From: Cirrosporium novae-zelandiae
Lineage: Eukaryota
Length of the DNA stretch: 64,000 nucleotides
Direction: 5' to 3'
NCBI GenBank assembly: GCA_026023565.1
Contig: JAPETS010000008.1
Coordinates: 62,001-126,000 of the forward strand
In this document: in pieces, positions 62,324 to 64,000 of the stretch
How the letters are laid out: every line of letters begins with the position of its first letter
Position numbering within the stretch: position 1 is the first letter of the stretch
Translations under genes and position numbers: made by a program
Notes under the pieces: model-generated
The model's database searches: none
What the model was told of the DNA's origin: nothing
What the model saw: only the letters and a program-made list of their open reading frames with translations

Positions 62324-63827
62324 ATGCCCCTCATTCTAGATTCTGCTGAAAGGCCCGATTTCCGAATTGAGCGACGAGAAGAGCACCATGAGGCCGACAT
62401 TGTTATCGTCGGTGCTGGTGTTGTTGGCTGTGCATTGGCGACCAACTTTGCTCGTCAGAACCGTTCAGTAATCCTTATCGAACGCTCCTTGAAAGAACCA
62501 GATCGTATTGTCGGCGAACTTCTACAGCCAGGTGGAATAAGGTCGTTGGAACAGCTGGGAATGCAGGACTGCCTCGAAGGAATCGATGCCATTCCCTCCA
62601 AAGGATATGATGTGATATACTACGGGCAAGAGGCCGACATTCCCTACACCGACCAAAGTCTGCCAAAGGACGCACCTAAGCCAGAGGCAAAGGGGTTCCA
62701 TCATGGGAGATTCATTATGAAGTTGCGCGAGGCAGCAATGAAGGAAAAGAACGTGTTGGTGGTCGAGACCACAGCCACTGATCTGGTAAAGGACGATCAT
62801 ACCAATCAGATCTTAGGCGTGCAATGTACAACCAAGGGCGAGAATGACTACTACTTCGGCCACCTTACAATCATTGCTGATGGCTATGCGTCGAAATTCC
62901 GCAAACAACATTTGCAGCACCAACCCACAGTCAAATCCAAATTCTTTGCCCTGGAGCTCCTTGATGCCGACTTGCCAAATCCCTACCACGGACATGTGAT
63001 TATCAGCGAGCAACCCCCATCTCTGTTTTACCAAATTGGCACTCATGAGACCCGTGCACTCATTGACATCCCCGACGTCCTTCCATGCTGTCCCAACGGC
63101 ATTGGAAACGGGGGCATCAAAGTGCACCTGCGCGATCATGTGACGCCCACTCTCCCTAAGAACCTTCAGCCCTCTTTTCTGGAAGCTCTTGAAAAAGGGA
63201 CTTCCCTTCGCTCAATGCCAAATTCTTTCCTCCCCCCTTCAGTAAATAAGACCAAGGGTATGATCCTAATAGGTGATGCCATGAACATGCGACATCCTTT
63301 GACCGGAGGTGGCATGACTGTTGCGTTTAACGATTGTGTTTTGGTTCGAGATCTCCTAGCACCTGAAAAGGTATCGGATCTTGGAAACACGGATCTCGTT
63401 TTGAAGCAAATGGCTATTTTCCATGAGCAGAGAAAGCACCTAGGCAGTGTGATCAATATTCTGAGCATGGCACTATACAGTCTTTTTGCGGCCGATGGTA
63501 AGCTCGCTCTTTTGCCCATCTTGAATTAGCCACCAACTAACCCTTCTTCGTCATATAGATTATCATCTCAAAGTCCTCCAAAAAGGTTGCTTCAACTATT
63601 TCCTTCTCGGCGGTAACTGCGTCGATGAGCCCGTCGGTCTCCTTTCTGGCGTAATCGCCCGCCGCCTCGTCCTTCTCTACCACTTCTATGCTGTTGCGCT
63701 CCTGAGTATTTGGGTGATGATCAAAGAGGCACCCATATATATGTTTCCGTTCAAGTTTCTTGAGAGTTTTGCAGTCTTCTGGAAAGCCTGTGTAGTCATC
63801 GGTCCATTTATCTGGAGTGAGTTATGA
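62324..63827 (+). CDS. ERG1: Squalene epoxidase; intron 63498-63558
   Basis: DIVIVGAGVVG FAD motif, EPDRIVGELLQPGG, FHHGRF, IIADGYAS, GDAMNMRHPLTGGGMTVAFND, INILSMALYSLF; second exon KGCFNYFLLGG..HFYAVA. Confidence 0.97.
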
Positions 63828-64000
63828 CCGTGTTCAACTAAACGGAGTTCGGCCAGATAGGAATGGAATAGACCATTCCAGCTTCTTTAATTCACGAAAA
63901 TATGTTAATGGGTACATTTTGTCTTGTTTAACGCACGGTTTCTGGGGCGGAGTAGTGGCGGAGTAGTGCAAGAAACTTTTTTTTTGGACTTCTCAATCCC

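Noticed and set aside
360..63519. Numerous 60-200 aa antisense or alternate-frame ORFs overlapping modelled genes
   Set aside because: Shadow ORFs of real coding regions or repeats; many start at non-ATG codons and none shows independent motifs.

Overview
Eukaryotic DNA from a filamentous ascomycete (Pezizomycotina-type short GT-AG introns with CTAAC/CTRAY branch points). No prokaryotic features, CRISPR arrays, tRNA or rRNA were recognised. About 21 intact genes can be modelled by hand. In order: a divergent Zn2Cys6 regulator and PDR-type ABC transporter pair, an orphan coiled-coil gene, a CHY/RING E3 ligase, a conserved hypothetical gene, FOL3, the sepH/Cdc15 kinase, a small membrane protein, a cyclin-like gene, metR/cys-3 with a polyQ tract, a HET-domain gene, a DUF7924-like gene, a conserved hypothetical gene, a BTB-like gene, the complex I 9.5 kDa subunit, WBP1, PET191, an Hrr1/SAD-3-like helicase, SPT8, a DUF7918-like gene and ERG1. 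The most unusual part is an accessory island at about 27.9-38.6 kb. It holds a coiled-coil pseudogene whose stops look RIP-derived, an intact HET gene, a PD-(D/E)xK-like gene apparently missing its E-x-K catalytic residues, a microsatellite tract, a 16-bp hairpin and a promoter-like unit with ~110-nt tandem repeats but no long ORF. A decayed gag-like relic lies at 48.4-49.2 kb. All family assignments come from motif recognition by eye, not from database searches, and exon boundaries are manual predictions.
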